Shown: piece after piece, positions 9,339-19,844 of the stretch
Layout: every line of letters starts with the position of its first letter
How positions within the stretch are numbered: position 1 is the first letter of the stretch
Virus record (IMG/VR): IMGVR_UViG_3300034093_001036
Span: 1 to 64,000 of that record
Reading direction: 5' to 3' (one strand)
Length of the DNA: 64,000 nt
Source: a virus
Notes under the pieces: model-generated
Databases searched by the model: none
What the model was told of the DNA's origin: nothing
What the model saw: the letters and a program-made list of their open reading frames with translations, nothing else
Translations under genes and position numbers: made by a program

Positions 9339-9353
9339 AATATTATTTGTCAA
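9325..9353 (-). promoter_or_regulatory. Sigma70-type promoter TTGACA-N17-TAAACT
   Basis: Perfect -35, 17-nt spacer, TGn-extended -10. Overlaps the first codons of the HTH ORF. Confidence 0.5.
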
Positions 9354-9933
9354 CTCCAATTGCTTTCCCCCAGTTTTTTACAGCCCAATGACCAATGCCA
9401 CAAGCATCTGCAACATCGTTATCAGTAATAGTTCTATCATAGATTGTATTAATAAATTTTATTGTTCTTTCTTTACGTAGATTTCTTTCGTAAGCCTTAT
9501 ACCAAGAAATAGATTTTGCTGGGTGTTGATACCTTATAACAACCTGCTCATCTTTTGATATTTTTTTATTACCTATATAGTTTTGCCAAGTGATTGGTGA
9601 AACCGTTCCGATTACTTTAGTTCCAGATTGCCCTGCTGCGCCAAGAATTGCTCCTTGAACTAAAGCAAGGTCGGCAGCCGTTTTTGGACTATTCATAAAC
9701 ACTGTATGCTCAATAATAATTGCTTCAAACCCACCATAGTAATCAAAGAATGCTTTTATTTTTTTACCTGCATCCATAACTTTTTCATAGGTATTGTTTC
9801 CTTCAAAATTAATTTTACCAACAACACCAAGATCTTCACCATTAAACAAAGAAAATGCCATGCTGTTAGTACTGGCATCAATAGCGCAAATTGTATGTGG
9901 CTTAACCTCTAGCCCCCACTTATTTTTTACCAT
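9343..9933 (-). CDS. RuvC-like Holliday junction resolvase
   Basis: ICAIDAST, IIIEH, DVADACGIG acidic catalytic motifs. Confidence 0.8.
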   Translation of the reverse strand: MVKNKWGLEVKPHTICAIDASTNSMAFSLFNGEDLGVVGKINFEGNNTYEKVMDAGKKIKAFFDYYGGFEAIIIEHTVFMNSPKTAADLALVQGAILGAAGQSGTKVIGTVSPITWQNYIGNKKISKDEQVVIRYQHPAKSISWYKAYERNLRKERTIKFINTIYDRTITDNDVADACGIGHWAVKNWGKAIGVDK

Positions 9934-10204
9934 TTGTTTTTCCTTTTATCTGTTTAATTGCTTTGATAACTGCATCAGGATTTATACTGCAAGATGAACA
10001 AACTAAGTCATCATTGTATATAGAAAGTGGAGTTAAACATGACTTGCAAAGTCTTGTTTTTCCCTTTCTTTTTTGCCTTTTTGATTGCACATATCTTATT
10101 GCAATTTTTTCTTTTGTTGCGATATCTCTACAGTGTGGAGAGCAATATATCTGATAAGATACAGTGGGCTCAAACTGATTGTCGCAGCATTTACAATTGT
10201 TCAC
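9920..10204 (-). CDS. Cys-rich putative zinc-binding protein
   Basis: CKCC, YCSPHC, CKSC, CSSC. Confidence 0.6.
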   Translation of the reverse strand: MNNCKCCDNQFEPTVSYQIYCSPHCRDIATKEKIAIRYVQSKRQKRKGKTRLCKSCLTPLSIYNDDLVCSSCSINPDAVIKAIKQIKGKTNGKK

Positions 10205-11009
10205 CGAGAATCTCCAAGGGTGCTATTTTTAACACGCCTGGACCTGCAGACTCACATGCTTTTTTAATTGGGCATGACTTGCATATCTTGGAGTTTGATC
10301 TATAGTTTTTGTTTGGCAGGGTTCTGTCTTCCCATGTCTTGCGAACTAATCTCATCCAATCAAATGCCTGGTCTACCCACCGACGGTAATGATCGTTTAC
10401 ATCTACAGGGATCAAAAGGAGTTCATGATTATTTTTATTTTCATAAATCATTACACCAACTGGTCTCTTTAAGATTTTCATATAGATAAGTAACTGCATT
10501 AGGTGACCATTCTTGGCCTTACCAGATGCCTTTCTATACTCGAATCCTTCGTTCATCATTGTTTTAATTTCACCAATGAGTTCTTGGCCTTGCCAATCAA
10601 ACATAACATCGCCATATCCAAAGATAGGGGGATCTTGATTTATAATTTTAAACTCTGTAGTGGCTTCGTTATTCTCATCACGATAAACTTTTACCATTCC
10701 AGCGTTCAACATTGCATTTTGAATTCGTGCATGTGATAGTGTTCCTGCAGTCATGTTGGCTGCACCATAAGCATCTGCGTTGTCTTCAAACATCTGACCG
10801 TCAAAAGCAAGATACCAATATCTAGCACATTCTCCGTGCCCGTAAGCAATAGTTGATGGAGCAAAAGTCTTTTTTGTTGTATGCTTATCTACACGAGTAA
10901 TCGTATAGCCTTCTTTAATCTTTGCCTCAAGCCCTGCTATATCTATAGGATGAATTGGCTTTTCTTCTGGCTTTATCATTACCGTATGCAATAAATTTTT
11001 TGTCATCAT
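10191..11009 (-). CDS. Cas4-like PD-(D/E)XK exonuclease
   Basis: PST...ECAR, GTLSH, GYGD...GEIKT, QLLIY, C-terminal CKSCPIKKAC Fe-S cysteines. Confidence 0.85.
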   Translation of the reverse strand: MMTKNLLHTVMIKPEEKPIHPIDIAGLEAKIKEGYTITRVDKHTTKKTFAPSTIAYGHGECARYWYLAFDGQMFEDNADAYGAANMTAGTLSHARIQNAMLNAGMVKVYRDENNEATTEFKIINQDPPIFGYGDVMFDWQGQELIGEIKTMMNEGFEYRKASGKAKNGHLMQLLIYMKILKRPVGVMIYENKNNHELLLIPVDVNDHYRRWVDQAFDWMRLVRKTWEDRTLPNKNYRSNSKICKSCPIKKACESAGPGVLKIAPLEILGEQL

Positions 11010-11040
11010 TTCTCGTTTCTATTAGTATAAGTATAGCAGA

Positions 11041-11346
11041 TTATCGGGTTATGTACTTTAGTGCAGACACCAAGTTATTTAACGACTCTGCTGCCGTATA
11101 ATAAAGATTCTTTTTGCCGCGATCTGATTTGTCAACATTAGCCATCCATGTTGCCTTAAATGCCATCTTTGCTGCTATTGCTTGAAGTCTTACAATCTCT
11201 ATATGTGCTACATTTAAAGGAATGTCTGGCTTAATAATTATCTTAGCAATAAATGTTAAAGCAGTAGTCAACTCCTCATCTTGCATGTAGTCTGCAATCT
11301 CTGCCAAACCATTTACCATATCTATAGTTGTTTGTTGTTGTTCCAT
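11041..11346 (-). CDS. Hypothetical helical protein
   Basis: Tiles with its neighbours in the recombination block. Confidence 0.6.
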   Translation of the reverse strand: MEQQQTTIDMVNGLAEIADYMQDEELTTALTFIAKIIIKPDIPLNVAHIEIVRLQAIAAKMAFKATWMANVDKSDRGKKNLYYTAAESLNNLVSALKYITR

Positions 11347-11651
11347 TATTCCTCCACTAGATCTTCTAATATACTCATCTCAATTATAGCAAGTCTTACT
11401 TTAGAGTTACCCTCGCCCATTACGACTACTATGGCTGGGTCCTTTCCGTTCTTCATGGCATCGGTAGTAGCCTTTGCCCAAACCTCTTTATTTAATGTAA
11501 AAGATTTTCCGACCTCTTTAAAGTCTACAACAAAGTTTTTCCAAGATGCATCTCCTTTTTGAGTATTACGTCCAGAGTTCTTGTGCTGTTTAGCACCTAT
11601 CCTCTTGGACTCACTCTTCTCTGTCATTGCCTTTGTATTTCTGCTTGCCAA
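11346..11651 (-). CDS. Small PD-(D/E)XK nuclease or Holliday junction resolvase (start possibly MTEK)
   Basis: E...NSG...GDA...VDFKE pattern. Confidence 0.65.
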   Translation of the reverse strand: MASRNTKAMTEKSESKRIGAKQHKNSGRNTQKGDASWKNFVVDFKEVGKSFTLNKEVWAKATTDAMKNGKDPAIVVVMGEGNSKVRLAIIEMSILEDLVEE

Positions 11652-11820
11652 ACTTAACTGTACTAAGATGTTTATTTGGACACATCCATGTTGCTGTTTT
11701 TGTTTCTGGGTATAGCCTTAGAGATCTAACATCATTTTTGCATTCATGACAAATAAACTTTCCATTGTAAACAGTAAAGTTAGCCACTGAGTTTTGCCTT
11801 GATTGATTCTTGCAAATCAA
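11611..11820 (-). CDS. Small zinc-ribbon protein
   Basis: CHEC...CPNKH. Confidence 0.55.
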   Translation of the reverse strand: MICKNQSRQNSVANFTVYNGKFICHECKNDVRSLRLYPETKTATWMCPNKHLSTVKFGKQKYKGNDREE

Positions 11821-12796
11821 GATCCTCTCTTACACGATTAACAAATGCCTCTTTGCCTTGGACTTTTGATCCATCAGGAAGAATGTACCATGCACCTGTA
11901 CGCTCTACGATACCATTTAATTCAGCAGTAGTAACAAGATCACCGATGGTGTCAAGACCAATATTATTACCTCTAAAATAAAAATCATACTCGCCAGATT
12001 GAAACCCTGGGGAGGTTTTTGAGAACTGGAGTTCCCATTTAATAGTTCTACCAATTTTTTCTTCAATTAATTTGTCTCCTACCTTAATCTTTCCTTTAAT
12101 CGCTTGATTGTCTGACTCGGAACTAAATAACTTAACAATGCAAGAAGAATAAAACTTAGTAGCCTGACCACCAGAAGGCTGCTGGCTAGTATACATAGCG
12201 TTAATATTATTGCGAGACTGGGAAATAAGAACAAGAAGAGTAGGCTTAACCTTGTTGTTAGCATAATTAAGCATTTTCCATGCGTTACTAAAGTCACGAG
12301 ATTCTGCCCCAATCTGCTTTGTATTTTCTAATGCCTTCATCTCATCTGTATCTTTTTCAAAATAGATTGCTGGAAGCATTGATGTAATAGAGTCTACCAC
12401 GATTAAGTCAACACCAGCGTTCATTAATCCAACACCTACATCTACCATGTCACTAATAGTTCTTGCTTGTGAGTAGATTAATTTTTCTGGATCTACCCCA
12501 AGAGTTCTAGCCCACTCTTCTGAGTATGACATTTCTGAATCAATCCACGCACATAATTTTCCTTCTGCCTGTGCTAAAGCAATCATCTGAAGGCACATAG
12601 AGGACTTTGCAGAAGACTTAGACCCCCAAATAAGAACTTGTCTACCATATGGCAAACCTCCTCCTAGAGCACGGTTTAAACCATAACTTGGTGTTGGCTG
12701 ATACTCATAACTAATACCAACCCCACTGCCTAATCTCTTTCTTAACTTAGGATCAAGTTGTGCTAAAGCCTCTTCTATACTAACCGACATGTACAT
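11780..12796 (-). CDS. recA: RecA-like recombinase
   Basis: LGGGLPYGR, degenerate Walker A GSKSSAKS, WIDSE, VVDSIT, ISQSR, GGQATKFYSS, GAWY. Confidence 0.9.
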   Translation of the reverse strand: MYMSVSIEEALAQLDPKLRKRLGSGVGISYEYQPTPSYGLNRALGGGLPYGRQVLIWGSKSSAKSSMCLQMIALAQAEGKLCAWIDSEMSYSEEWARTLGVDPEKLIYSQARTISDMVDVGVGLMNAGVDLIVVDSITSMLPAIYFEKDTDEMKALENTKQIGAESRDFSNAWKMLNYANNKVKPTLLVLISQSRNNINAMYTSQQPSGGQATKFYSSCIVKLFSSESDNQAIKGKIKVGDKLIEEKIGRTIKWELQFSKTSPGFQSGEYDFYFRGNNIGLDTIGDLVTTAELNGIVERTGAWYILPDGSKVQGKEAFVNRVREDLDLQESIKAKLSG

Positions 12797-15700
12797 CCTC
12801 CAATGTTACTGTTCCGTCTTTTGTCTTTCCAAAATCAAACTTATAAGATTTTCCTTCTTCAATGTGCATGTATGCTTTTGCAAATGATGTAGGGAAAACT
12901 GTAATAGAATGCAAGTCTCTGCTTGTATCTGCAAGTGTCAGAGATGCCATTTTTTTTCCTGTCTTTGTAATTCTTGGTTTAAAAGAAACTACAAACATTT
13001 CATCATCTTTATATGGTAACTGCTTGTAACTTAAGAACTTTACAAGTGCGTGAGATGATTCTTTTATTTCATCTGAAGGTATGAAAGAAACAATCCTGTT
13101 GTCATTACACAAAAGCAGATAAGAACGACCTGTCTCAATAATCGTATTTTCATCGTCAAATATACCGACACTGCCAGTTTTGTCCAAAACTTCAACTCGT
13201 GACCATCCTGTTCCTCGCTTAATTGATTTTACCATACCCATAAAAATGTATGATCCTTTTTCTTCAAAGTCAACAATGTCCTGAATAAATGCATAGTAAT
13301 GAGAAGGAATAGTAATATTAAACTCTGGAAGGTTTAAGTATTCATATAGGTTCTCTTTAATCTCCTGATCATTTCTAGGATTATCATTAAAGGTTGCTGC
13401 GCCTATTGCTCTTAGTGCTTGGAGTGCACGACTGTTTACTCCATTTCCTTTGGTAAATGTAAATTCCTCAAGTTCTTTGTACGAATTGAATGGTCGTGCA
13501 GATATGTATCTTTCACCAATTTTGTCAGATATGAACTTGATAGCACTGAGTCCAAACCGAATGCCTTTACCCTCAATCTTAAAATCAATATCCGAATCGT
13601 TAATGTGAGGTAACTTAACGCTAATGCCCATTCTTTTTGCTTCAATAAGGTATTCAGTTCTTGCATCTTTGTCCTTTTCATTTTTTAGCACTGAGTACAT
13701 AAACTCAAGTGGGTAATAATACTTTAGCCATGCTGTCCAATAGGATAGCGTTGAGTATGCTACTGCGTGAGACTTGTTAAATGAGTACCCTGCGTGAGCC
13801 TCAAAGTCATGCCATAAATCACGAGCAAGGTTAGGAGAGATAAACTTTGATGCACCCTCTACGAACTTCTCTTTAAACTGATCAAATTCTTTAGCATCTT
13901 TTTTCTTTCCAATGATCTTTCTAACTTTATCTGCTTCCGACATGGACATACCGCCAAGGTGTACGCATGCTTGCATAACTTGTTCTTGGTAAAGAATACA
14001 ACCATAAGTGTCCTCCGTAAATTCTTTTAATACTTGGTGTGTATAAGATATATTTTGACGACCATGCTTACGATCAACATAGTCTTTTCCAATAGTATTC
14101 ATTGCACCTGGACGAACAAGAGCATTAGACGCTGCTAGTTCATTTAGGTTCTTAACTCCCATCTTAACAAGAAGGTTTGTGTATGGTGCTGCTTCACATT
14201 GGAAGACTCCTTTTGTGTATCCATCAGAAAGCATCTGATAAACATTTGCATCGTCCATCTTAATCTTAAGAAGGTCAATCTTTTTTCCATCTCGCTCTTT
14301 AATTATGTCAATTGTATTTTTAAGAACAGACAAAGTTTTAAGACCTAAAGCATCAATTTTAATTAAACCAATTCTTTCAGCCTCTTCCATATCAACACCA
14401 ACTACAGGAATTCTTTCATCAGAACCAGTAGACGATCTTGTTTCAAGTGGTGCGTATCTAAAGATTGGCTCTTTGCTTGTTACTACGCCTGCTGCGTGAA
14501 TACCTGTACCACGAATGCGACCACGAAGTTGTTCTCCATAGACTTCTACTTCTGGATACTTTTGACGAAATTCATATGTTGATTTTGATGTGCAGAAATC
14601 ATCCCAGGAGTCTACAGTTTTTAAAACCTTATTAACATCTGATAAAGGAATATTTAATACTCGTGAAACATCTCTAACAATTCCCTTGCCAGTAAACTCA
14701 AGGAAGGTAGCAATAGATGCAACATGTCGATACTGTCTAACAAGATAGTCTTTAACTTCTTCACGACGAGTATCCTGAATATCTGTATCAATATCTGGGA
14801 AGTCATTACGTTCTGGATTAATAAAACGGAAAAACAAAAGATTGTGCTCAATAGGATCAATGTCTGTAATCTTTAATGCATAACAGACAAGAGAACCAGC
14901 AGAAGAACCACGACCTGGGCCAACCATAATCTCTTCCTTCTTTGCCCAGTTGATCATGTTACTTACAACAAGGAAATATGGAGCAAACTTTTTATCCTTA
15001 ATAATCTTTAACTCTTCTTCAAGTCTGTCAAGATACTCTTGGTTTTCTGACAAACCTCTTTCTACCAAACCTTCTAATGCAGCCTTTGCAAGTTCTTTAT
15101 CAGGACCCTTGTACTGTACTGGTAGCAAGTCTAATCCTTCTTGAATTCCATAGTCTCCTACTGTCTCTGCTAATAGGATTGTGTTTGAGTATATGTCAGG
15201 TCTATCAATCCCCTGCGATTCCATCGCTGCTTTAATCTCTTCATATGAGAGCAGGTGAATATCAAACTTATTAAATGTAATCTGACGGTCTTCGCCATAA
15301 AGATAGTCAAGGCGTTCCATCATGCTGCCTTTTTTCTTTGACTTCTCATATGTTGCATCTTTTACAAACTTACCGTGTGTGTTCATAAGCAACTTAAACT
15401 CTTGCACTTCTTTTTGTGATGGATCAACATGGTGGCAGTCTGGTGTTACAACAACCTTGATTCCAAACTCATCTGCAAGTTCAATTAAATATTTGTTAAT
15501 CTGTGCATCATTGTGAGGCATGACTTCAATATAGTAGTCATCTTTAAAGCGTTCCTTGAACCAAGATATATACTTCTTGGCAAGAGCAAACTCTTCTTCT
15601 TCTAATGCTTTTACAAGCACACTACTTGGACAAGCAGAAGTAACAATAATTCCTTCTTTATACTTTTCCAAAATAGTAAAATCAAATCTTGGCTTCTTAA

Positions 15701-16055
15701 AGAAACCATCTGTCCAAGATAGTTCACTAATCTTGTTAAGGTTTTCTAAACCAATTTGATTCTTGGCTAGAAGGATAATGTGGTTGTAGACAAGATCTTG
15801 CTGACCTTCTCTTTCAGACTTATCTCTTGTATCAGATATGTCTGCACACATGTATCCTTCTAGACCTAGAATTGGCTTAATGCCATTTGCTTTTGCAATA
15901 CGGTGCAGTTCCCTATGCCCAGATAAAGTACCGTGGTCAGTGATGGCAATTGCTGGCATCCCTAACTCAACTGCACGGTTCACGTATTCTTCTGGAGTAG
16001 CAATCCCATCAAATAAACTAAAATGGGTATGGACATGTAAGCCTACGTAATTCAT
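12780..16055 (-). CDS. dnaE: DNA polymerase III alpha subunit
   Basis: PHP LHVHTHFSLFDG and AITDHG, GPGRGSSAGS, PDIDTD, HAAG, KIDALGL, YSFNKSHA, C-terminal OB folds. No intein. Confidence 0.97.
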   Translation of the reverse strand: MNYVGLHVHTHFSLFDGIATPEEYVNRAVELGMPAIAITDHGTLSGHRELHRIAKANGIKPILGLEGYMCADISDTRDKSEREGQQDLVYNHIILLAKNQIGLENLNKISELSWTDGFFKKPRFDFTILEKYKEGIIVTSACPSSVLVKALEEEEFALAKKYISWFKERFKDDYYIEVMPHNDAQINKYLIELADEFGIKVVVTPDCHHVDPSQKEVQEFKLLMNTHGKFVKDATYEKSKKKGSMMERLDYLYGEDRQITFNKFDIHLLSYEEIKAAMESQGIDRPDIYSNTILLAETVGDYGIQEGLDLLPVQYKGPDKELAKAALEGLVERGLSENQEYLDRLEEELKIIKDKKFAPYFLVVSNMINWAKKEEIMVGPGRGSSAGSLVCYALKITDIDPIEHNLLFFRFINPERNDFPDIDTDIQDTRREEVKDYLVRQYRHVASIATFLEFTGKGIVRDVSRVLNIPLSDVNKVLKTVDSWDDFCTSKSTYEFRQKYPEVEVYGEQLRGRIRGTGIHAAGVVTSKEPIFRYAPLETRSSTGSDERIPVVGVDMEEAERIGLIKIDALGLKTLSVLKNTIDIIKERDGKKIDLLKIKMDDANVYQMLSDGYTKGVFQCEAAPYTNLLVKMGVKNLNELAASNALVRPGAMNTIGKDYVDRKHGRQNISYTHQVLKEFTEDTYGCILYQEQVMQACVHLGGMSMSEADKVRKIIGKKKDAKEFDQFKEKFVEGASKFISPNLARDLWHDFEAHAGYSFNKSHAVAYSTLSYWTAWLKYYYPLEFMYSVLKNEKDKDARTEYLIEAKRMGISVKLPHINDSDIDFKIEGKGIRFGLSAIKFISDKIGERYISARPFNSYKELEEFTFTKGNGVNSRALQALRAIGAATFNDNPRNDQEIKENLYEYLNLPEFNITIPSHYYAFIQDIVDFEEKGSYIFMGMVKSIKRGTGWSRVEVLDKTGSVGIFDDENTIIETGRSYLLLCNDNRIVSFIPSDEIKESSHALVKFLSYKQLPYKDDEMFVVSFKPRITKTGKKMASLTLADTSRDLHSITVFPTSFAKAYMHIEEGKSYKFDFGKTKDGTVTLEDVHVG

Positions 16056-16056
16056 A

Positions 16057-16713
16057 TTACCAATCTGCGTTGGTAGATGAAGTTACAGATGGACCATCAA
16101 AGCCCAAATAGTATGCTTCTTGCTCTGCATAAGGAATCTTCTTAAGTGCTGACTCAAGAGGATAAGGTTCAACTGTTCCCCATGCAAATGGTTCCTTATC
16201 TGGTGCTGCTGGAATAAGTGTGTAATTAGTTTCAGTTCCCTGACCATTACGCTTTAACTTCCATAGTACGTTTGAGATGCTTCCTGTTTCAAGAGCATAC
16301 TCACGAATTGTGTTGAATGATGATTGCTTGCTGATGCCCATTGACCAGATTGCAACATATGGTGCTTCAATTCCATCATCAACTAATACGTTGCAATAGA
16401 AACGAAGGCGACCACGCCAACCTGCTTTTGGATCTTTACGATGCATTTCTTCTGCCCAGTCACGGCCTTCAGATTCCAATGTGTCTACAGCCTTACGCTT
16501 GTAGTCCTTTGGATTTACGTGTTCTTTAACAACAAGTGCTAGTCCACGACCTTCATTATAGTTTGCTGAGTCTTCATCAAGTTCTTCGATAAATCGAATC
16601 TTAACTGATTGTCCGTCAGCGAGTTTTAGCCATTTTAACTTTGGCCCGTCGTTTTCATACTTTGGCTTGTCGAGCAGGGCATTAATGTTCTTGAGTCCCT
16701 TTACTACGCTCAT
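16057..16713 (-). CDS. Single-stranded DNA-binding protein (gp32-like)
   Basis: KLADGQSVKIRF...KRNGQGTETNY pattern, DW-ending tail, located between primase and polymerase. Confidence 0.7.
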   Translation of the reverse strand: MSVVKGLKNINALLDKPKYENDGPKLKWLKLADGQSVKIRFIEELDEDSANYNEGRGLALVVKEHVNPKDYKRKAVDTLESEGRDWAEEMHRKDPKAGWRGRLRFYCNVLVDDGIEAPYVAIWSMGISKQSSFNTIREYALETGSISNVLWKLKRNGQGTETNYTLIPAAPDKEPFAWGTVEPYPLESALKKIPYAEQEAYYLGFDGPSVTSSTNADW

Positions 16714-16736
16714 ATATTTCTCCTTTGTTTGTTATA

Positions 16737-17681
16737 TTAGTTTAGCATAAGAGATATTGATTTGTCAAACTGGAACTCTAAATTCTTAAGTTCTTCGTCG
16801 GACATATCTCCAATATCTTTATACTGATTGTTTAGTTTAATAACAGAAACACGAGTAGAAAGTTTTTCAACTATCCTATCTTTCATGTTTCCTCCTGCCT
16901 CATCGTTATCGGCAATAACAATAATGTTATTGAAATACTTTTGAAGCAATTCTGTTTGTATGTTTGATACGTTTGCACCCAAGGTTGCAACGGCTGGAAG
17001 ACCTACTTGGTCAAGCCTTATTGCATCAAATGATGACTCCACTACATACACTCTATCAGACTTTTTTACTCTATGCAAGTTAAATAATGTTTTACTTTTT
17101 GGAAGTCCTGGAGTATTCTTAAAATCTTTTCCTTCAATAGATCTGCCAACAAATCCAATTGGAATCCCATCTGGGCTATGGACTGGAACGGTAACCATAT
17201 CTTGCTTATCAGAATAGCCAAGTGAAAACTTTGCCCAGGACTGCATCTCTATGTGTCTTGATTTAAAATAATTTTTTGGTCTATCTAATAAAACTAAATT
17301 GTTATAAAGTCTTTTTAATATATCTATGTCAAATTGTTTAAACTCTTCTTCAACTATTAGGCTTTTATTTATGTCATCAACAAGATTACTTAATTTTTCT
17401 TTTGATTTAATATATCTTGCTGATTCAAAATAGGTTCTTCCAGAAGTGTGCATTATTAGTTCAAGAAGGTCTGCTGTTTTCTGACAAGAAAAACAAAAGA
17501 ATAAACCGTTTGATTTATGTACTTCTCCTGCTGGGGTTCTGTGGTTGTTGTGAAATGGACAAAAGACTATATAGTTATCTGATAAATCAGACTCAATATC
17601 TATACCCGATCCTGTAAGGACTCTTTTAACTTGGTCTGCGGTATAAAGATTGGATTCGTTCCGTCTATTCCTGCTATCCAT
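16737..17681 (-). CDS. dnaG: DNA primase
   Basis: CHC2 finger CPFH...CFSC, TOPRIM VVESSFDA and ADNDEAG, KDIGD. Confidence 0.92.
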   Translation of the reverse strand: MDSRNRRNESNLYTADQVKRVLTGSGIDIESDLSDNYIVFCPFHNNHRTPAGEVHKSNGLFFCFSCQKTADLLELIMHTSGRTYFESARYIKSKEKLSNLVDDINKSLIVEEEFKQFDIDILKRLYNNLVLLDRPKNYFKSRHIEMQSWAKFSLGYSDKQDMVTVPVHSPDGIPIGFVGRSIEGKDFKNTPGLPKSKTLFNLHRVKKSDRVYVVESSFDAIRLDQVGLPAVATLGANVSNIQTELLQKYFNNIIVIADNDEAGGNMKDRIVEKLSTRVSVIKLNNQYKDIGDMSDEELKNLEFQFDKSISLMLN

Positions 17682-17953
17682 TCGCTTTTCCTTTTCCCTG
17701 CGTAAACTGCCTGTATTGATAATTCAAATTCGTAAAAGTTCTTTTTATCATTATATCGTATAGTGAAGTCTGGGTCAAGGTCAAGCCTTGGCACATACCC
17801 GCTTAGTTTCATTTCTGAGACTAATAATCTTACATATTCTATTTTAAGTCTACCAATCATAGAGTCGTCATGAATTACTCCATCAAGATAAAACTTTTTT
17901 ATAGGTTTATGATGATAGAACGTAGGTGGTAAAGACTCCATGTTTTCTGACAT
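17600..17953 (-). CDS. Hypothetical protein
   Basis: ORF between helicase and primase, preceded by TATAAT. Confidence 0.6.
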   Translation of the reverse strand: MSENMESLPPTFYHHKPIKKFYLDGVIHDDSMIGRLKIEYVRLLVSEMKLSGYVPRLDLDPDFTIRYNDKKNFYEFELSIQAVYAGKRKSEWIAGIDGTNPIFIPQTKLKESLQDRV

Positions 17954-17965
17954 ATCATATTATAA

Positions 17966-19186
17966 CTACTTATCTTCAAAATCTTTATATCGATAGTATC
18001 CCTTGTCAAAATCACATTGAACTAGGAAATCTCCCATAAACCCATTACGGTTTTTTCTAAAGGCGCATTCAATGATATCGCTATTAGTCCCACGGCCAAG
18101 AGCAAGCACCCAGTCTGCATCGTAAGCAATCTGTCTAGACCATGCAGTTTGACCAAGTGTCGGGACTGAAGATAGATCATTAACATCATCTGGTGTAGCA
18201 GAAGAAATAGCAATAATAGGAACTTCTTCTCCAATAGCCATTAGTTTGAGTTCTCTTGAAAGGTTCTTCATTCGTACCGTTTCATTATCTGACTTCTGAT
18301 TAGGAGCCATTAACTGAAGGTAGTCAACGATTACAAAGTCTGGTTTGTATTGATCAATCTTTCCACGAAGAACGGAGGGGTTAATTTCCCCACCCTGGTC
18401 ATTTGATATGATGTGAAATTCTGGCTTGCCTTTAAGATTTTTTTCATGCCATTCTTTTAGCATGTCCATCTCAACTTCGCCATTACTTAATTTTCTATGA
18501 GACCAACGACCTTCACCCATAATTGTAAATACACGATTACGAACTTCTGTCTCAGACATTTCAAGACTAATGACTAGAGGGCTTTTCCCCTGCTTCCATG
18601 CTTGAACTGCAAAGTATAATGCTAACCAAGATTTTCCAATACCTGGATATGCTAAAAACACTCCAAGTTGGCCAGGCATAATTCCTGAAGGAAGGTAGTT
18701 ATCAAACCCTGGCAGTCCAGTCTTAATACCAACATGACCAAGAAGTTGTTGCTTTTTTAGATTTTCAAAGTAAGCAACGGCAGACTCAAGATCCGTAACA
18801 TCAATATCACGAATTGCAGATGTATTCTTTTTTAATTCTGATGTCTTTGTAATTAAATCATTTAATGCAACAACGCCCTGATTATTTTGAACATTTGTTG
18901 CTGCTGACCTTAGAATATCTTTTAGGCTATCATTTAAATACTCACCCTGAAGTTCTTCAAGGTGGTGCTTTGTTGCTCCTACGCTTGCTACTGGTTCAAA
19001 GTCTCTAAACTTTTCTGTAACTAATTCTGCTGGAGGCAAGGATGCATTAGCCTCAAAATATAAACGAATAAACTCCCAAATATCTCCATGGGTTCTTAAT
19101 AAGTTATCAACATTGGCTTGAAGAAGAACATGCATCTGCTTATCTTTAAGCACTGCTGTAATAAGTTTTGACTCTGTATTATTCAC
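17966..19186 (-). CDS. dnaB: DnaB-like replicative helicase
   Basis: AYPGIGKS, ISLEM, IVDYLQLM, YDAD, KNRNG. Confidence 0.93.
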   Translation of the reverse strand: MNNTESKLITAVLKDKQMHVLLQANVDNLLRTHGDIWEFIRLYFEANASLPPAELVTEKFRDFEPVASVGATKHHLEELQGEYLNDSLKDILRSAATNVQNNQGVVALNDLITKTSELKKNTSAIRDIDVTDLESAVAYFENLKKQQLLGHVGIKTGLPGFDNYLPSGIMPGQLGVFLAYPGIGKSWLALYFAVQAWKQGKSPLVISLEMSETEVRNRVFTIMGEGRWSHRKLSNGEVEMDMLKEWHEKNLKGKPEFHIISNDQGGEINPSVLRGKIDQYKPDFVIVDYLQLMAPNQKSDNETVRMKNLSRELKLMAIGEEVPIIAISSATPDDVNDLSSVPTLGQTAWSRQIAYDADWVLALGRGTNSDIIECAFRKNRNGFMGDFLVQCDFDKGYYRYKDFEDK

Positions 19187-19487
19187 TTAGCCACTCCTTT
19201 GCCATTCTTCTACGCTCTGCTCTTTCTAAACTGTCTTTTATATTATCTTTTTGTGCCTTTAATATTTTTTCTGCGTTATATGCAAAGTAGTTCCAAGAGG
19301 GGTTCTCTGCAACTGAAAAGTAATACTCAAGTATATCGTAACACCCTGGTAGTGTGTATGATTCAACAAGAGCATCGGAGGCCCACTGTTCTACATTTAA
19401 GTTAAGGGATGGCTTAGATTCGTACCTTGCGGTATGATACTTACTGTATCTTGAAAGCAAAGCCATACGGTCTTTGCGTTCTACCAT
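19179..19487 (-). CDS. Hypothetical protein
   Basis: Overlaps the helicase start. Confidence 0.6.
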   Translation of the reverse strand: MVERKDRMALLSRYSKYHTARYESKPSLNLNVEQWASDALVESYTLPGCYDILEYYFSVAENPSWNYFAYNAEKILKAQKDNIKDSLERAERRRMAKEWLSE

Positions 19488-19696
19488 TATGCTTCGGCAG
19501 CCTCTTCTTGTGCTTCCCTAATTTTGTCTGTAAGTTTATCTTCAACAAACTTGTAAACACGCTCAAAAGCCTGATCAACAGTCTCTCCACTCTTGCGAGA
19601 ATCTGAAACGCCAAGATCAAGTCTTAGTGATTGAAAGTTGCCAAGGTTAAGTGTGTACCCAAGTGTAACGGATACCTTTGTCTCTTCGTTTTCCAT
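19487..19696 (-). CDS. Hypothetical protein (MENEETKVSVTLGYTLNLGNFQSLR...)
   Basis: Start reassigned to the ATG at 19696 after GAAGGG. The track's upstream extension lies in a gene remnant. Confidence 0.7.
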   Translation of the reverse strand: MENEETKVSVTLGYTLNLGNFQSLRLDLGVSDSRKSGETVDQAFERVYKFVEDKLTDKIREAQEEAAEA

Positions 19697-19709
19697 TTTA
19701 TACCCTTCG

Positions 19710-19844
19710 TTAAATAGATTCATTCCACACTGGAATAAATCGTCCATCTTTAGTTCTCGTATATGTAAGTATACCGTCTCCTATGCGCCTTGTCAACTCT
19801 TGGCTTGTAGGAGTCATGTTATTTGTTATTAATTTGTCTTTTCT
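19710..19844 (-). pseudogene. Orphan diverged copy of the last 44 codons of 20522..21064
   Basis: RKDKLITNNMTPTSQELTRRIGDGILTYTRTKDGRFIPVWNESI* versus RKDKLITNDITPSKQELTRRMGDGILTYRKTEDGRFIPVWNESI*. Confidence 0.9.
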
